This document shows positions 19,984 through 29,173 of a DNA stretch of 45,819 bases, piece after piece. Each line of letters opens with the position of its first letter. Position 1 is the first letter of the stretch. Position numbers and translations under genes: made by a program. Source of the stretch: Rhodospirillaceae bacterium (lineage in GTDB: Bacteria; Pseudomonadota; Alphaproteobacteria; Rhodospirillales; 2-02-FULL-58-16); contig DUZD01000001.1 of assembly GCA_013349695.1 (NCBI GenBank), forward strand, positions 1 through 45,819, read 5' to 3'. The notes below the pieces were generated by a model, which saw nothing but the letters and a program-made list of their open reading frames with translations, had not been told where the DNA came from and ran no database searches.

Positions 19984-20209
19984 CTTTAAAAAAATCGGCT
20001 GGCACTTCCGTTTGAAATCGATTAATTAAGATCCCGGTTAAGCCGGCTCAAGGTTCCATAGTGATGTTCGCTGCTCGAAGTTGAAAAAAACTTCTCGAGG
20101 GGGAGAAGGTATTGTCTGGGGACGGCAGGAAAGACTTTTCCGAGTTTCCGGGTCCGCAACGTCAAGACGAGCAAATTGGTTTCCGCTCTCATATGGGCCT
20201 CCGGAGACG

Positions 20210-21193
20210 ATGAAGTTTGAACACGGTGCCGTGGGCTTGGTATTGGCCCTTGTGGTTGCGCTTGTGGGCATGACCCTTTTTCACCCACCCGCCGGGATGA
20301 CGGCGGCGCCGGTTGCGAAACCAGGCTTGCCTGGTCCCGCGGCTTCCCCGGCCGGGAAAGCCGCGCCGCTGGATTGGCGGCCGGCGGACGGCTTTTTTGC
20401 CAGTCCGAGCACCAGCAAGCTCACCGATGTTTTCCACAGCCTGGGCTACGATTTTGATCGGATTCGTTCCGGCGAGGGCCGAGTGCCGCGTCTGTTTTTG
20501 GCCGCCCTGCCCGCCGATATGGTCGATATCCGCGAAAGCAAGGTCCGCAAGTCCCTATTTTTCCGGGCCCTGCTGCCTTTGGTCCTGCAAGCCAACGAAG
20601 AGCTTCTCGCCGACCGGCGCCGCCTCTGGCACATACGTTACCGCCTCCTTTTGGGCGAGCACCTGAAAGCCGCCGAGCGTCTTTGGCTGGCCATGATGAG
20701 CGAGCGCTATGGCGTCGAACGGGACGATGTCGACGCCTTGCTGAGACGCGTCGACATCATTCCACCGTCCCTCGCCCTGGCGCAAGCCGCCGAGGAAAGC
20801 GGCTGGGGAACGTCGCGTTTCGCGCGCGAGGGCAACGCCGTATACGGCCAGTGGACCACCGCTGAACGCAAAGGCCTGATACCGCGCCGGCGTGACAAAG
20901 GCACGACCCATAAAATCAAGTCTTTCACGACCCTCTTCGATTCGGTTAGATCTTACGCCCGCAACCTCAACACCCACCGTTCCTACCGGGGATTCCGCAA
21001 GTCGCGGGCCCGGCTCAGGCGCCAAGGCGCCCCCATCGACGGCATCCTTCTGGCCGGACAACTGATTCGCTATTCGGCGCGGCAAATGGCGTACGTGGAA
21101 ACCATCCGCGGCCTCATCAAAGCCAACAACCTGCACCGCCTGGACGATAGCCGTCTGCGCGTCATCAAGCCGGATCGTAAGACTTTGATCTGA
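20210..21193 (+). CDS. Glucosaminidase-domain protein (Bax/FlgJ-like muramidase)
   Basis: IIPPSLALAQAAEESGWGTSRFAREGNAVYGQW is the catalytic-Glu region of the mannosyl-glycoprotein endo-beta-N-acetylglucosaminidase family. An N-terminal TM/signal segment is present. GGAG lies 4 nt before ATG 20210. Confidence 0.8.
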   Translation: MKFEHGAVGLVLALVVALVGMTLFHPPAGMTAAPVAKPGLPGPAASPAGKAAPLDWRPADGFFASPSTSKLTDVFHSLGYDFDRIRSGEGRVPRLFLAALPADMVDIRESKVRKSLFFRALLPLVLQANEELLADRRRLWHIRYRLLLGEHLKAAERLWLAMMSERYGVERDDVDALLRRVDIIPPSLALAQAAEESGWGTSRFAREGNAVYGQWTTAERKGLIPRRRDKGTTHKIKSFTTLFDSVRSYARNLNTHRSYRGFRKSRARLRRQGAPIDGILLAGQLIRYSARQMAYVETIRGLIKANNLHRLDDSRLRVIKPDRKTLI

Positions 21194-21226
21194 TGGCCTT
21201 TCCAATCCAGATGAGTGGAGAATGCT

Positions 21227-22255
21227 CTATCTGGCCGAAAAATAAAACTGACGGCCCAGCCAGCGCCAACGGCCATCGGCCGCCAGCAAGGTGCAATTGA
21301 GGCGCGTCCGTCCTTTGGGCAAGGGTTCTCCCAGGCGCACCTCGACACGGGTATCGGCCAGGCGGATCACCCGCACCTTGCCTTCGTGCGAGGAGAAACA
21401 GTTGAGCCGCTCCAGGCCCTTGATGCCGCCAGTAACCGTAAAACCGACGGCTGGCGGGTTGTTGCCGGTGATCAGGGGATCGGGAGGGGTCACCTCGGTG
21501 ACCGTCAGCGGCAGCGCGTTCGCGGCCAAGCGGAAGCGGCTAAGAGCACCGTATTTTTCGCTCATCGAAAAACGCGGCAGGAAGTAAAGATCGCCGTCGC
21601 CGCCGATGACCCCGGAATGCTGGCCGAAAGCGGCGCTGAAACCGTCCTCCATGATCAGTTTTCTCACCGCCAGGCTGGTTTCGCCGTAAGGATAAGCGAA
21701 GAGCTCGGGTTTGCTTCCCAGCTTCTCCACAAACCGCTGGGTGGCTTCGGCAAGTTCGCGCCGATTGCTTCCGGCCGCCGCCGCCAGCATGTGCGGATGC
21801 GATGCCATGTGGTGGCCTATGGTGACACCGGCATCGGCCATCTCGCGGATTTGCCGCCAGTTCATGTAGCTTTTGAGTCCCAGGTCGACGGCTTCGGTGC
21901 CGACGAACAGGGTAAAGGGGAAACCGGCCTCTTTCAGCCTTGGCCAAGCCACCGTATAAACGGAAAGATAAGCGTCGTCGGCCGAGATGCCGACGGTGCG
22001 CTCGGGCAGGGACGCGCCCCGACGCATGGCGTCGACGATATCGGGCAGCGAAAGGACGTTATAAGCGCCGCTTTCGAGTTCTTTGAGATGGGCCTCGAAC
22101 TGCTCGATGGTGATGTTGGTGGAGGTAAAACCGGTTTCCCCGAAGCGGTGGTACTGGAACACCACCGCCGAGGCATCGGCCATGGCCGGCGGCGCCACCG
22201 CCGTAAAAATGGCCAGTGCGTAAAGGGCGAGCCGTATTTTCCGGCGGCGAAACAT
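21227..22255 (-). CDS. Polysaccharide deacetylase (NodB homology) family protein
   Basis: Signal peptide (MFRRRKIRLALYALAIFTAVAPPAMA), then VVFQYHRFG...VGISADDAY...MASHPHM, the Asp and His motifs of CE4 deacetylases. Start set at ATG 22255. Confidence 0.85.
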   Translation of the reverse strand: MFRRRKIRLALYALAIFTAVAPPAMADASAVVFQYHRFGETGFTSTNITIEQFEAHLKELESGAYNVLSLPDIVDAMRRGASLPERTVGISADDAYLSVYTVAWPRLKEAGFPFTLFVGTEAVDLGLKSYMNWRQIREMADAGVTIGHHMASHPHMLAAAAGSNRRELAEATQRFVEKLGSKPELFAYPYGETSLAVRKLIMEDGFSAAFGQHSGVIGGDGDLYFLPRFSMSEKYGALSRFRLAANALPLTVTEVTPPDPLITGNNPPAVGFTVTGGIKGLERLNCFSSHEGKVRVIRLADTRVEVRLGEPLPKGRTRLNCTLLAADGRWRWLGRQFYFSAR

Positions 22256-22377
22256 GGCGAAGCAATGTCCGGTCTTGTTAGCGCAAAAGATTTTTCCCAC
22301 TTATTTGAGCGAGGTACAAGTGCGATGCCCACAAACAATATCTTTTAAACCCCCAGCATTAGAGGCCAAACAGGCTC

Positions 22378-22929
22378 TTACATCATTCCTTCCGGCAACG
22401 CGGAATCGCCGAGCACGGGGTAGCGGTGGCTGTCGAACAATTGGTAATGCCACCATTCAAGGCGGTAGAAATCCCAACCGGCGGACCTCATCAAGCCGAG
22501 GAGAAGAGTCCGGTTGCCCTGGGCTTGCGCCGAGACGCACGAGTTGCCGTGATGGGAGAAAGCCGTGAAGGCATCGAAGCCGGTGCCCATCTCCAGTTCC
22601 CGACCCGAAAAATCGGTCAGGGTCAAATCGACGGCGACCCCGCGCGAGTGCGGCGAACCGCCGCGCGGATCCGCCAGGAACTCCGGATCTGGTCTGTGAT
22701 TCCACAAAATCCACTGCGCTTCCGAAGGCCGGAAAGCATCGAAAATCTTCAATTTCAGACCCCGCGCCGCCACCAAATCGACGGCACGCCCGAGCAGCCG
22801 TTCGGCGTCGGCGTGGAGATAACATGCCGGCCGCCGGTAGACGGACCGGCCGGTGAAATTGTTATCGCCGCCATAAACGAGGTCGAGCAAAACACCATGG
22901 CTTTGCGCGGTGATTTCGACAAGGGACAT
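22378..22929 (-). CDS. ddpX: D-alanyl-D-alanine dipeptidase (M15D, VanX/DdpX-like)
   Basis: LKIFDAFRPSEAQ...SPHSRGVAVDLTL...EWWHYQL are the VanX-family zinc ligand and catalytic motifs. Confidence 0.9.
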   Translation of the reverse strand: MSLVEITAQSHGVLLDLVYGGDNNFTGRSVYRRPACYLHADAERLLGRAVDLVAARGLKLKIFDAFRPSEAQWILWNHRPDPEFLADPRGGSPHSRGVAVDLTLTDFSGRELEMGTGFDAFTAFSHHGNSCVSAQAQGNRTLLLGLMRSAGWDFYRLEWWHYQLFDSHRYPVLGDSALPEGMM

Positions 22930-23040
22930 GGGGAAAACCCGAGCAAGGTTTCAACAGGTTTTTGCGCCACCGGCGGCGCGGGGCAGTATAACCCGTGGAA
23001 AAAAAGCCGGAAGTGGTGAAGTAGTGTGTGCTAGGCGTAA

Positions 23041-23724
23041 ATGAAGATTCTTGCCCTCGATACGGCGGTTTCGGCTTGTTCGGTGGCTTTGTGGCGGGAT
23101 GGCGGCGTCCGCGCAAGGCGCTACGAATTGATTGAACGCGGCCACGCGGAAGCCCTGATGCCAATGGTGGAAGACGTTCTCGCCGCCGCCGGGGAACGGA
23201 TTCTCGGTCTTGACCTGCTCGCCGTCACCATTGGCCCGGGGGCGTTCACGGGGCTGCGAATCGGCTTGGCGGCGGCGCGGGGCATGGCCTTGGCTTCGGC
23301 GCTGCCGTGTCTCGGCGTCACCACCCTGGAGGCGGTGGCTTACGGAATCCCCGAAGCGGAAAGGAAGGCAAGGACGGTCCTGGTGGCTTTGAACTCGAAA
23401 ACAGAGATTATCTTTGCCCAGCTTTTCTTGGCCGACCTCGAACCCTTGTCGCCGCCACTGGCGTTGGCCGCCGACGGCCTGGCCCGGGACATTCCACGTT
23501 CGCCGCTGTTGATCGCCGGCGATGCCGCCGGGCTGGCGGCTCAAAGGCTGACCGAATCCGGCATCGAAACGGCTCTCAGCTCCGCTCCCGCTCTTCCCGA
23601 CGCAGCCGTGGTGGCGGCCATCGCCGCCCGCCGCTGGCGTCCGGGACAGGCGCTGCCGCCGCCGTCTCCCTTGTACTTGCGGCGGCCGGCCGCCATCCCG
23701 GCGAAGAACGGCGGCCGGCGATGA
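23041..23724 (+). CDS. tsaB: tRNA t6A37 biosynthesis protein TsaB (YeaZ)
   Basis: MKILALDTAVSACSVAL...LLAVTIGPGAFTGLRIGLAAARGMALA. Confidence 0.9.
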   Translation: MKILALDTAVSACSVALWRDGGVRARRYELIERGHAEALMPMVEDVLAAAGERILGLDLLAVTIGPGAFTGLRIGLAAARGMALASALPCLGVTTLEAVAYGIPEAERKARTVLVALNSKTEIIFAQLFLADLEPLSPPLALAADGLARDIPRSPLLIAGDAAGLAAQRLTESGIETALSSAPALPDAAVVAAIAARRWRPGQALPPPSPLYLRRPAAIPAKNGGRR

Positions 23725-23864
23725 CGTCGTTTAGCGTCGTTTCGTGTTCCAAGGCCCATGCCGAGGTCGTTGCGGCTCTCGCCACAATCGGAGCGCATCC
23801 CGAAGGCGCCCCGAAACCGGCGTTCGCCGCCGGCGGTTATTGCTTACGGATCAACAGGCGGTGA
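23721..23864 (+). pseudogene. rimI: Possible 47-codon remnant of rimI (ribosomal-protein-alanine acetyltransferase)
   Basis: ATGA-coupled to the tsaB stop, at the position where rimI normally sits. MTSFSVVSCSKAHAEVVAALATIGAHPEG... resembles only a RimI N-terminus, and no GNAT core follows. The last 28 nt overlap the convergent tusA-like gene. Confidence 0.3.
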
Positions 23865-24112
23865 ACCGATTGCTTTCCTTTCGCCGGATCCTCCGGCTCC
23901 AGGCTCAACACCTTGTGACCGTGCTCGCGCACCGAACGGGGGACGTTTTCCAAGGGTTCGGCGCCTTTGAGACGCACCTCGGCGACTTGTCCCGGAGACA
24001 TCCGTTGCAGCAAAAGTTTTGTTTTGACGAACGTCAGGGGACAGACCTCCGAGGTTATATCAAGAGAATAGTCGATCTCATCAACCTTATTGTTCCCGGG
24101 TGTTTTTTTCAC
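23837..24112 (-). CDS. TusA/SirA-family sulfurtransferase-like protein
   Basis: YSLDITSEVCPLTFVKTKLLLQRMSPGQVAEVRLKG...VREHGHKVL shows the conserved Cys-Pro motif and fold pattern of TusA-like proteins. GTG start at 24112. Confidence 0.8.
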   Translation of the reverse strand: MKKTPGNNKVDEIDYSLDITSEVCPLTFVKTKLLLQRMSPGQVAEVRLKGAEPLENVPRSVREHGHKVLSLEPEDPAKGKQSVHRLLIRKQ

Positions 24113-24186
24113 GTGAAGTTCTTGCTTATGTTGGAAATGTTAATTATATAGTATTCCTTCATAAAAAAAGATGGAAAGAATTTTGG

Positions 24187-24609
24187 ATGAGCGATAAACC
24201 CAGTGTTAGTGAATTGATGGAATTGACAACCGAGATCGTCGCCGCTCACGCTGGCAACAACTCGGTGGCGATTGGCGATCTGCCCCAATTGATTCAAGAC
24301 GTTTACAAGACTTTGCTGGCGGTTGGAACCGCTCCGGCGGTGCCTGAACGTCCGCGCCCCGCCGTTTCGATCAAGAAGTCGATTTTCCCCGATTACCTCG
24401 TTTGTCTTGAGGACGGCAAGAAGCTGAAAATGCTCAAGCGGCATCTCAAGACATCTTATAACATGACTCCCGAGGAATACCGGGAGCGTTGGGGGTTGTT
24501 GCCGGACTATCCGATGGTGGCGCCCAACTACGCCAAACATCGCAGCAATTTGGCCAAGAAAATCGGTCTGGGTACCAAGCCCCGCAAGCGGCGCCGCAAG
24601 ACGCGTTAA
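24187..24609 (+). CDS. mucR: MucR/Ros-family zinc-finger transcriptional regulator
   Basis: ELTTEIVAAHAGNNSVAIGDLPQLIQDVYKTL...PDYLVCLEDGKKLKMLKRHLKTSYNMTPEEYRERWGLLPDYPMVAPNYAKHRSNLAKKIGLG is a near-canonical Ros/MucR sequence. Confidence 0.9.
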   Translation: MSDKPSVSELMELTTEIVAAHAGNNSVAIGDLPQLIQDVYKTLLAVGTAPAVPERPRPAVSIKKSIFPDYLVCLEDGKKLKMLKRHLKTSYNMTPEEYRERWGLLPDYPMVAPNYAKHRSNLAKKIGLGTKPRKRRRKTR

Positions 24610-24680
24610 CTTTGTTGCTGGCCATTTGCCGGGATTAACGGGCCTTTGCCGCCCGTTCCATCTGGAACCGTAAAGTAATC

Positions 24681-25115
24681 ATGCCTAGGCTATCTAGAAT
24701 AGAAAAGCTTTGCATCGACAAAGGCTTGACGATGACCGAGCAGCGTCGGATCATCGCCCGTGTTCTTTCCGAAGCCACCGACCATCCCGATGTCGAGGAG
24801 GTCTACCAGCGGTCCGTAAAAATGGATGCGGGCATCAGCATAGCCACCGTTTACCGCACCGTGCGCCTGTTCGAGGAAGCCAACATCCTGGAACGACTGG
24901 ATTTCGGAAGCGGCCGGGCACATTATGAAGAAGCCACCGACGATCACCACGATCATCTGGTAGACATCCAATCCGGCAAGGTCATTGAATTCCACAGCGA
25001 CGCCATCGAAGGCTTGCAGGAAAAAGTCGCCAGGGAATACGGCTACAAGCTGATCGGCCACAGACTGGAGCTATTTGGCGTTCCCATCGCGGCCGGTAAG
25101 AAAAAAAAGAAATAG
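24681..25115 (+). CDS. irr: Fur-family regulator, Irr-like (iron response regulator)
   Basis: Fur winged helix (ISIATVYRTVRLFEEANIL), then HHDHLVDIQSGKVIEFHSDAIEGLQEKVAREYGYKLIGHRLELFGVP with no CxxC pairs. This is the Irr-type pattern, not classical Fur. Confidence 0.8.
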   Translation: MPRLSRIEKLCIDKGLTMTEQRRIIARVLSEATDHPDVEEVYQRSVKMDAGISIATVYRTVRLFEEANILERLDFGSGRAHYEEATDDHHDHLVDIQSGKVIEFHSDAIEGLQEKVAREYGYKLIGHRLELFGVPIAAGKKKKK

Positions 25116-25335
25116 GTGATGACAGCCCTTTCCATCGCGCGGTCACCGCTTGACTCCTGGAGTCGGCATGTTACGGTCTGGCGAGGATAACGTAGGCATT
25201 CGCGAACTCTTTCGAAGGTGCGGAGAAGTCGGCCGGAGGAATGATCAATAAACCCATGCAAACCATGGGACGCAGCCGCGACGGGTTCCTTGCCTGTTCG
25301 GCCCGCCGGCCGGCTGACGCGGTAGCATAGCGACC

Positions 25336-26703
25336 TTGGCGAAAAAACTTCACATCAAGACTTACGGTTGCCAGATGAACGTCTATGATTCCGCCCGCAT
25401 GGCGGACGTCCTGGCTCGGCTTGGCTATACCCCGGTCGACGAGGCGGCCGGGGCCGACATGGTCATTCTCAACACCTGCCACATCCGCGAAAAGGCGGCG
25501 CAAAAAGTCTATGCGGAATTGGGCCGGTTGCGGCGCTTGCAAGAAGACAAGAAGAAAACCGGCGGCCGCATGATCCTCGCCGTGGCCGGCTGCGTCGCCC
25601 AGGCCGAAGGCGAGGAATTGTTACGCCGCGCCCCTTTTGTCGACTTGCTTTTCGGGCCTCAAACATACCACCGCTTGCCGCGCATGGTGGCCATGGTTGG
25701 ACAGACCGCAAGGGCGGTGGTGGATACGGATTTTCCCGCCGAACGCAAATTCGACCGCCTGCCGGAAACGGCCGCCGCCGCCGCCGCCGCTTTCCTGACG
25801 GTGCAGGAGGGGTGTGACAAGTTCTGCACCTTCTGCGTCGTTCCCTATACGCGCGGCGTCGAATATTCCCGTCCCGTCGCCGCTATCCTGGCCGAGGCGC
25901 GCCGCTTGGCCGTGGCCGGTGCTCGCCAGATCACCCTTCTCGGCCAGAACGTCAACTGCTACCACGGCGCCTCCCCTGACGGCGAGGAATGGCGACTCGG
26001 TCGTCTGATCCGTGAATTGGCCGCGATCGAGGGGGTGGCGCGAATCCGCTACACGACATCCTATCCCGCCGACATGGACGAGAAACTGATCGCCGCGCAC
26101 CGGGACGTGCCCCAGTTGATGCCTTTTTTGCACCTGCCCGTGCAATCCGGGTCCGACAAAATCCTCGCCGCCATGAATCGCCGCCACAAGGTGGACGATT
26201 ATCGAAGATTGGTTGAGCGACTGCGCTCGGCCCGTCCGGACTTGGCGCTGTCCTCCGATTTCATTGTCGGTTTCCCTGGCGAAACCGACGACGACTTCGA
26301 GGCCACCATGCGGCTGATCAAGGACGTCGGCTTTGTTCAGGCCTATTCATTCAAGTTCAGTTGCCGCCCCGGCACCCCGGCGGCGGCCATGGAAACTCAG
26401 ATCCCCGAAGACCTCAAGGAAGGACGGCTGGCGTCCTTACAGGAGCTGCTGAAAGACCGGCAACAGGCCTTCAACGAAGGGTGCGTCGGCCAAGTTCTTC
26501 CGGTGCTTCTCGAACGCCGCGGCCGGCATCCCGGTCAGATGGTCGGCCGTAGCCCTTACATGCAGCCGGTTCACGTTGACGCGCCTCGCTCCCTGTTCGG
26601 AACCATCGTCAATTTGCGCATCGAAGCCGGCTCCGCCAATAGCCTCGCCGGCATCCTGAGCACGGCGGTGGACGAAACCTGCTCTGAAAGGGCCTTTGCT
26701 TGA
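25336..26703 (+). CDS. miaB: tRNA-i6A37 methylthiotransferase
   Basis: [17 protein letters not shown] (UPF0004 domain), radical-SAM [15 protein letters not shown], and a TRAM-like C-terminus. TTG start at 25336. Confidence 0.95.
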   Translation: MAKKLHIKTYGCQMNVYDSARMADVLARLGYTPVDEAAGADMVILNTCHIREKAAQKVYAELGRLRRLQEDKKKTGGRMILAVAGCVAQAEGEELLRRAPFVDLLFGPQTYHRLPRMVAMVGQTARAVVDTDFPAERKFDRLPETAAAAAAAFLTVQEGCDKFCTFCVVPYTRGVEYSRPVAAILAEARRLAVAGARQITLLGQNVNCYHGASPDGEEWRLGRLIRELAAIEGVARIRYTTSYPADMDEKLIAAHRDVPQLMPFLHLPVQSGSDKILAAMNRRHKVDDYRRLVERLRSARPDLALSSDFIVGFPGETDDDFEATMRLIKDVGFVQAYSFKFSCRPGTPAAAMETQIPEDLKEGRLASLQELLKDRQQAFNEGCVGQVLPVLLERRGRHPGQMVGRSPYMQPVHVDAPRSLFGTIVNLRIEAGSANSLAGILSTAVDETCSERAFA

Positions 26704-27746
26704 CTCCGCCACTGAAGCCTGCCGTCAACGACGAAACCAAGGCCGCCGAATTGGCCTTCGACGACAACGACCTGGCGCTGCAGCTTTTCGGCTCCCACCA
26801 CAGCCATTTGGCGCGGATCGAGCAGAAACTCGATCTCACCATCCACAGCCGCGGCAACGAGGTGAACATTGTCGGGGACGGCGCGACGGTCGACATGGCG
26901 GCGAAAGTGCTCGAAAGTCTTTACCGCCGCCTCAAGAAGGGGCTCGCGGTCGGCCCCGAGGAGGTCGACGCCACCTTACGGATGACGGCGGCGAACGGTG
27001 ACGATGACGGCGGCGAAGTCGAAATCCACACCCGCAAACGCCGCATAACGCCGCGATCGACAAACCAAGCCGTTTATGTCCGGGCCATCGACAAATGCGA
27101 TATGGTTTTTGGCTTGGGTCCCGCCGGCACCGGCAAAACCTATTTGGCGATGGCCAAAGCGGTCGAAAAACTGGTCAAGGGCGAGGTTGACCGGATCATC
27201 CTCTCGCGCCCGGCGGTTGAAGCCGGCGAGCAGCTGGGGTTTCTGCCCGGCGACATGCGCGAAAAGGTGGACCCCTATCTGCGGCCTCTTTACGACGCCC
27301 TTTTCGACATGCTGCCTGGAAATCAGGTCGCCAAACGCCTGGAAAGCGGCGAGATCGAGGTGGCGCCCTTGGCCTTCATGCGCGGCCGCACCCTGGCCAA
27401 CGCCTTTGTCATCTTGGATGAAGCGCAGAATACGTCGATGATACAGATGAAGATGTTCCTCACCCGCCTCGGCGAACACGCCAGCATGGTGATCACCGGT
27501 GATTTAAGCCAGGTCGATTTGCCCAAGGGCACCCGCTCGGGACTTCGCCACGCCGTCGAAATTCTGGCCGGCATCGAGGGCATCGACTTTGTTCATTTCT
27601 CGGCCGAGGACGTGGTGCGCCATCCCCTGGTCAGCCGGATCGTCCGCGCTTACGACGCGGCGGAAAACCGCCGCCGGGCCGGCGCCGGCGACGGGAAAAA
27701 AAATTATCCTGTTCTCCCCGGCGGCGGCAATGGCGAAAATGATTGA
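26700..27746 (+). CDS. phoH: PhoH-like ATPase (YbeZ)
   Basis: [17 protein letters not shown] (Walker A), [28 protein letters not shown]. Apparent TTG start overlaps the miaB stop (TTGA). Confidence 0.9.
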   Translation: MTPPLKPAVNDETKAAELAFDDNDLALQLFGSHHSHLARIEQKLDLTIHSRGNEVNIVGDGATVDMAAKVLESLYRRLKKGLAVGPEEVDATLRMTAANGDDDGGEVEIHTRKRRITPRSTNQAVYVRAIDKCDMVFGLGPAGTGKTYLAMAKAVEKLVKGEVDRIILSRPAVEAGEQLGFLPGDMREKVDPYLRPLYDALFDMLPGNQVAKRLESGEIEVAPLAFMRGRTLANAFVILDEAQNTSMIQMKMFLTRLGEHASMVITGDLSQVDLPKGTRSGLRHAVEILAGIEGIDFVHFSAEDVVRHPLVSRIVRAYDAAENRRRAGAGDGKKNYPVLPGGGNGEND

Positions 27747-28251
27747 GATCGCCGTTTCCATTCCCTGTTCGGCTTGGACAAAGGCTCTGCCGGCGGCGGG
27801 CAGGCTTGGCAGGCAAGCAGCTTTTGCCGCCATTGAGGCCAGCCAAGGCGAGGTTGCCAGCCGGGCGGCGGCAGCCGAGGTCAGTTTGGTCCTCGCCGAC
27901 GACGCCTTGGTCCAAGCCCTTAACCGGGATTACCGGGGGCATGACCGGCCCACCAATGTCCTTTCATTCGCCCTTGCCGATGGCAAGGATGGTTCTAGCC
28001 ATCGGCCGGATGGCGCGCCGGTGCTTTTGGGCGATGTCATCGTTGCCTTTGAGACCGCCGCCGCCGAAGCCGGAGACGAGGGCGGAAACTTGGCGGACCA
28101 TTTATGTCATCTGGTGGTGCACGGCATGCTGCACCTTCTGGGATACGGCCATCGGACGGATGCGGTATCCGAACGGATGCAACGAATGGAAGTCCAAGCG
28201 CTGTCGAGCCTTGGAATAGCCGATCCATATTGCCAACCGGATCGCCAATGA
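27739..28251 (+). CDS. ybeY: rRNA maturation endoribonuclease YbeY
   Basis: TNVLSFAL... and HLVVHGMLHLLGYGH (zinc-binding HxxxHxxxxxH). ATG 27739; ATG 27730 is also possible. Confidence 0.9.
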   Translation: MIEIAVSIPCSAWTKALPAAGRLGRQAAFAAIEASQGEVASRAAAAEVSLVLADDALVQALNRDYRGHDRPTNVLSFALADGKDGSSHRPDGAPVLLGDVIVAFETAAAEAGDEGGNLADHLCHLVVHGMLHLLGYGHRTDAVSERMQRMEVQALSSLGIADPYCQPDRQ

Positions 28252-28258
28252 CCGCGCC

Positions 28259-29173
28259 ATGAACGACCAATCGCCCAGCCGGCCTTCCGCCGACGCCGCA
28301 GACAACGACGATTCTTCACGTCCGGGTTCCTTGAGCGGGTGGCTGCGCGGGTTGTTTCGCCATAACAACGAAGAGAATTCAGCCCGCGATGTCTTGGCCG
28401 AGTTGATCGAGCAACGCGACGAGCACATGGATACCGAAGCCCCCATCGACGCCGATCAGCGGGTCCTCCTGTCCAACGTCCTGGACCTTCGGGATCGCAC
28501 CATTCACGATATCATGGTGCCGCGCGCCGATATCGTCGCCATCGAGAGCGGAGCCGATTTGTCGGAGGTCATCGAGTTGATGACCAAGGGAGGCCATTCG
28601 CGCCTGCCCTTATACCGGAACACCTTGGACGACGCCCTCGGCATGGTTCACATCAGGGACGTATTGGCGTGGCGGGGCCAAGACGATGCTTTCTCGCTGT
28701 CGAAGATTCAGCGCAAGGTGCTGTTCGTATCGCCTTCCATGCTGGTTCTGGAGCTGCTTTTGGAGATGCGGGTCAAGCGCTGCCACATGGCGCTGGTGGT
28801 GGACGAGTTCGGCGGTGTCGACGGGATGGTCACCATCGAGGACCTGGTCGAGGAAATCGTCGGCGAGATCGAGGACGAACACGACCGCGGCAATGAACCG
28901 GACCTGACCCAGCGCCCGGACGGCGCCATCGATGCCAACGCTCGCGCCAGCCTCGAATCCCTGGAACGGATGCTCGGTTCGTTCGTCACCGAGGAGGAGC
29001 GCGAGGAGATCAGCACCCTGGGCGGGCTTGTCTTCCTGCTAGCCGGCCGGGTGCCCACCCGCGGCGAACTGATCAGCCATCCGTCGGGCCTGGAATTCGA
29101 GGTGTTGGAGGCCGACCCCCGCCGCATCAAGCGCGTGCGCGTGCGCGGCCGCAATCCGACGCCACTGCCTTGA
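28259..29173 (+). CDS. corC: CBS-pair/CorC_HlyC domain protein (magnesium/cobalt efflux-associated, TlyC/YbeX)
   Basis: [22 protein letters not shown]...HSRLPLY...[34 protein letters not shown]. Confidence 0.9.
   Translation: MNDQSPSRPSADAADNDDSSRPGSLSGWLRGLFRHNNEENSARDVLAELIEQRDEHMDTEAPIDADQRVLLSNVLDLRDRTIHDIMVPRADIVAIESGADLSEVIELMTKGGHSRLPLYRNTLDDALGMVHIRDVLAWRGQDDAFSLSKIQRKVLFVSPSMLVLELLLEMRVKRCHMALVVDEFGGVDGMVTIEDLVEEIVGEIEDEHDRGNEPDLTQRPDGAIDANARASLESLERMLGSFVTEEEREEISTLGGLVFLLAGRVPTRGELISHPSGLEFEVLEADPRRIKRVRVRGRNPTPLP

Noticed and set aside
25101-25108. An A8 homopolymer in the last codons of irr (KKKKK tail) as a possible phase-variation tract.
   Set aside because: A slip would alter only the final few residues after the conserved domain, so a regulatory switch is unlikely.
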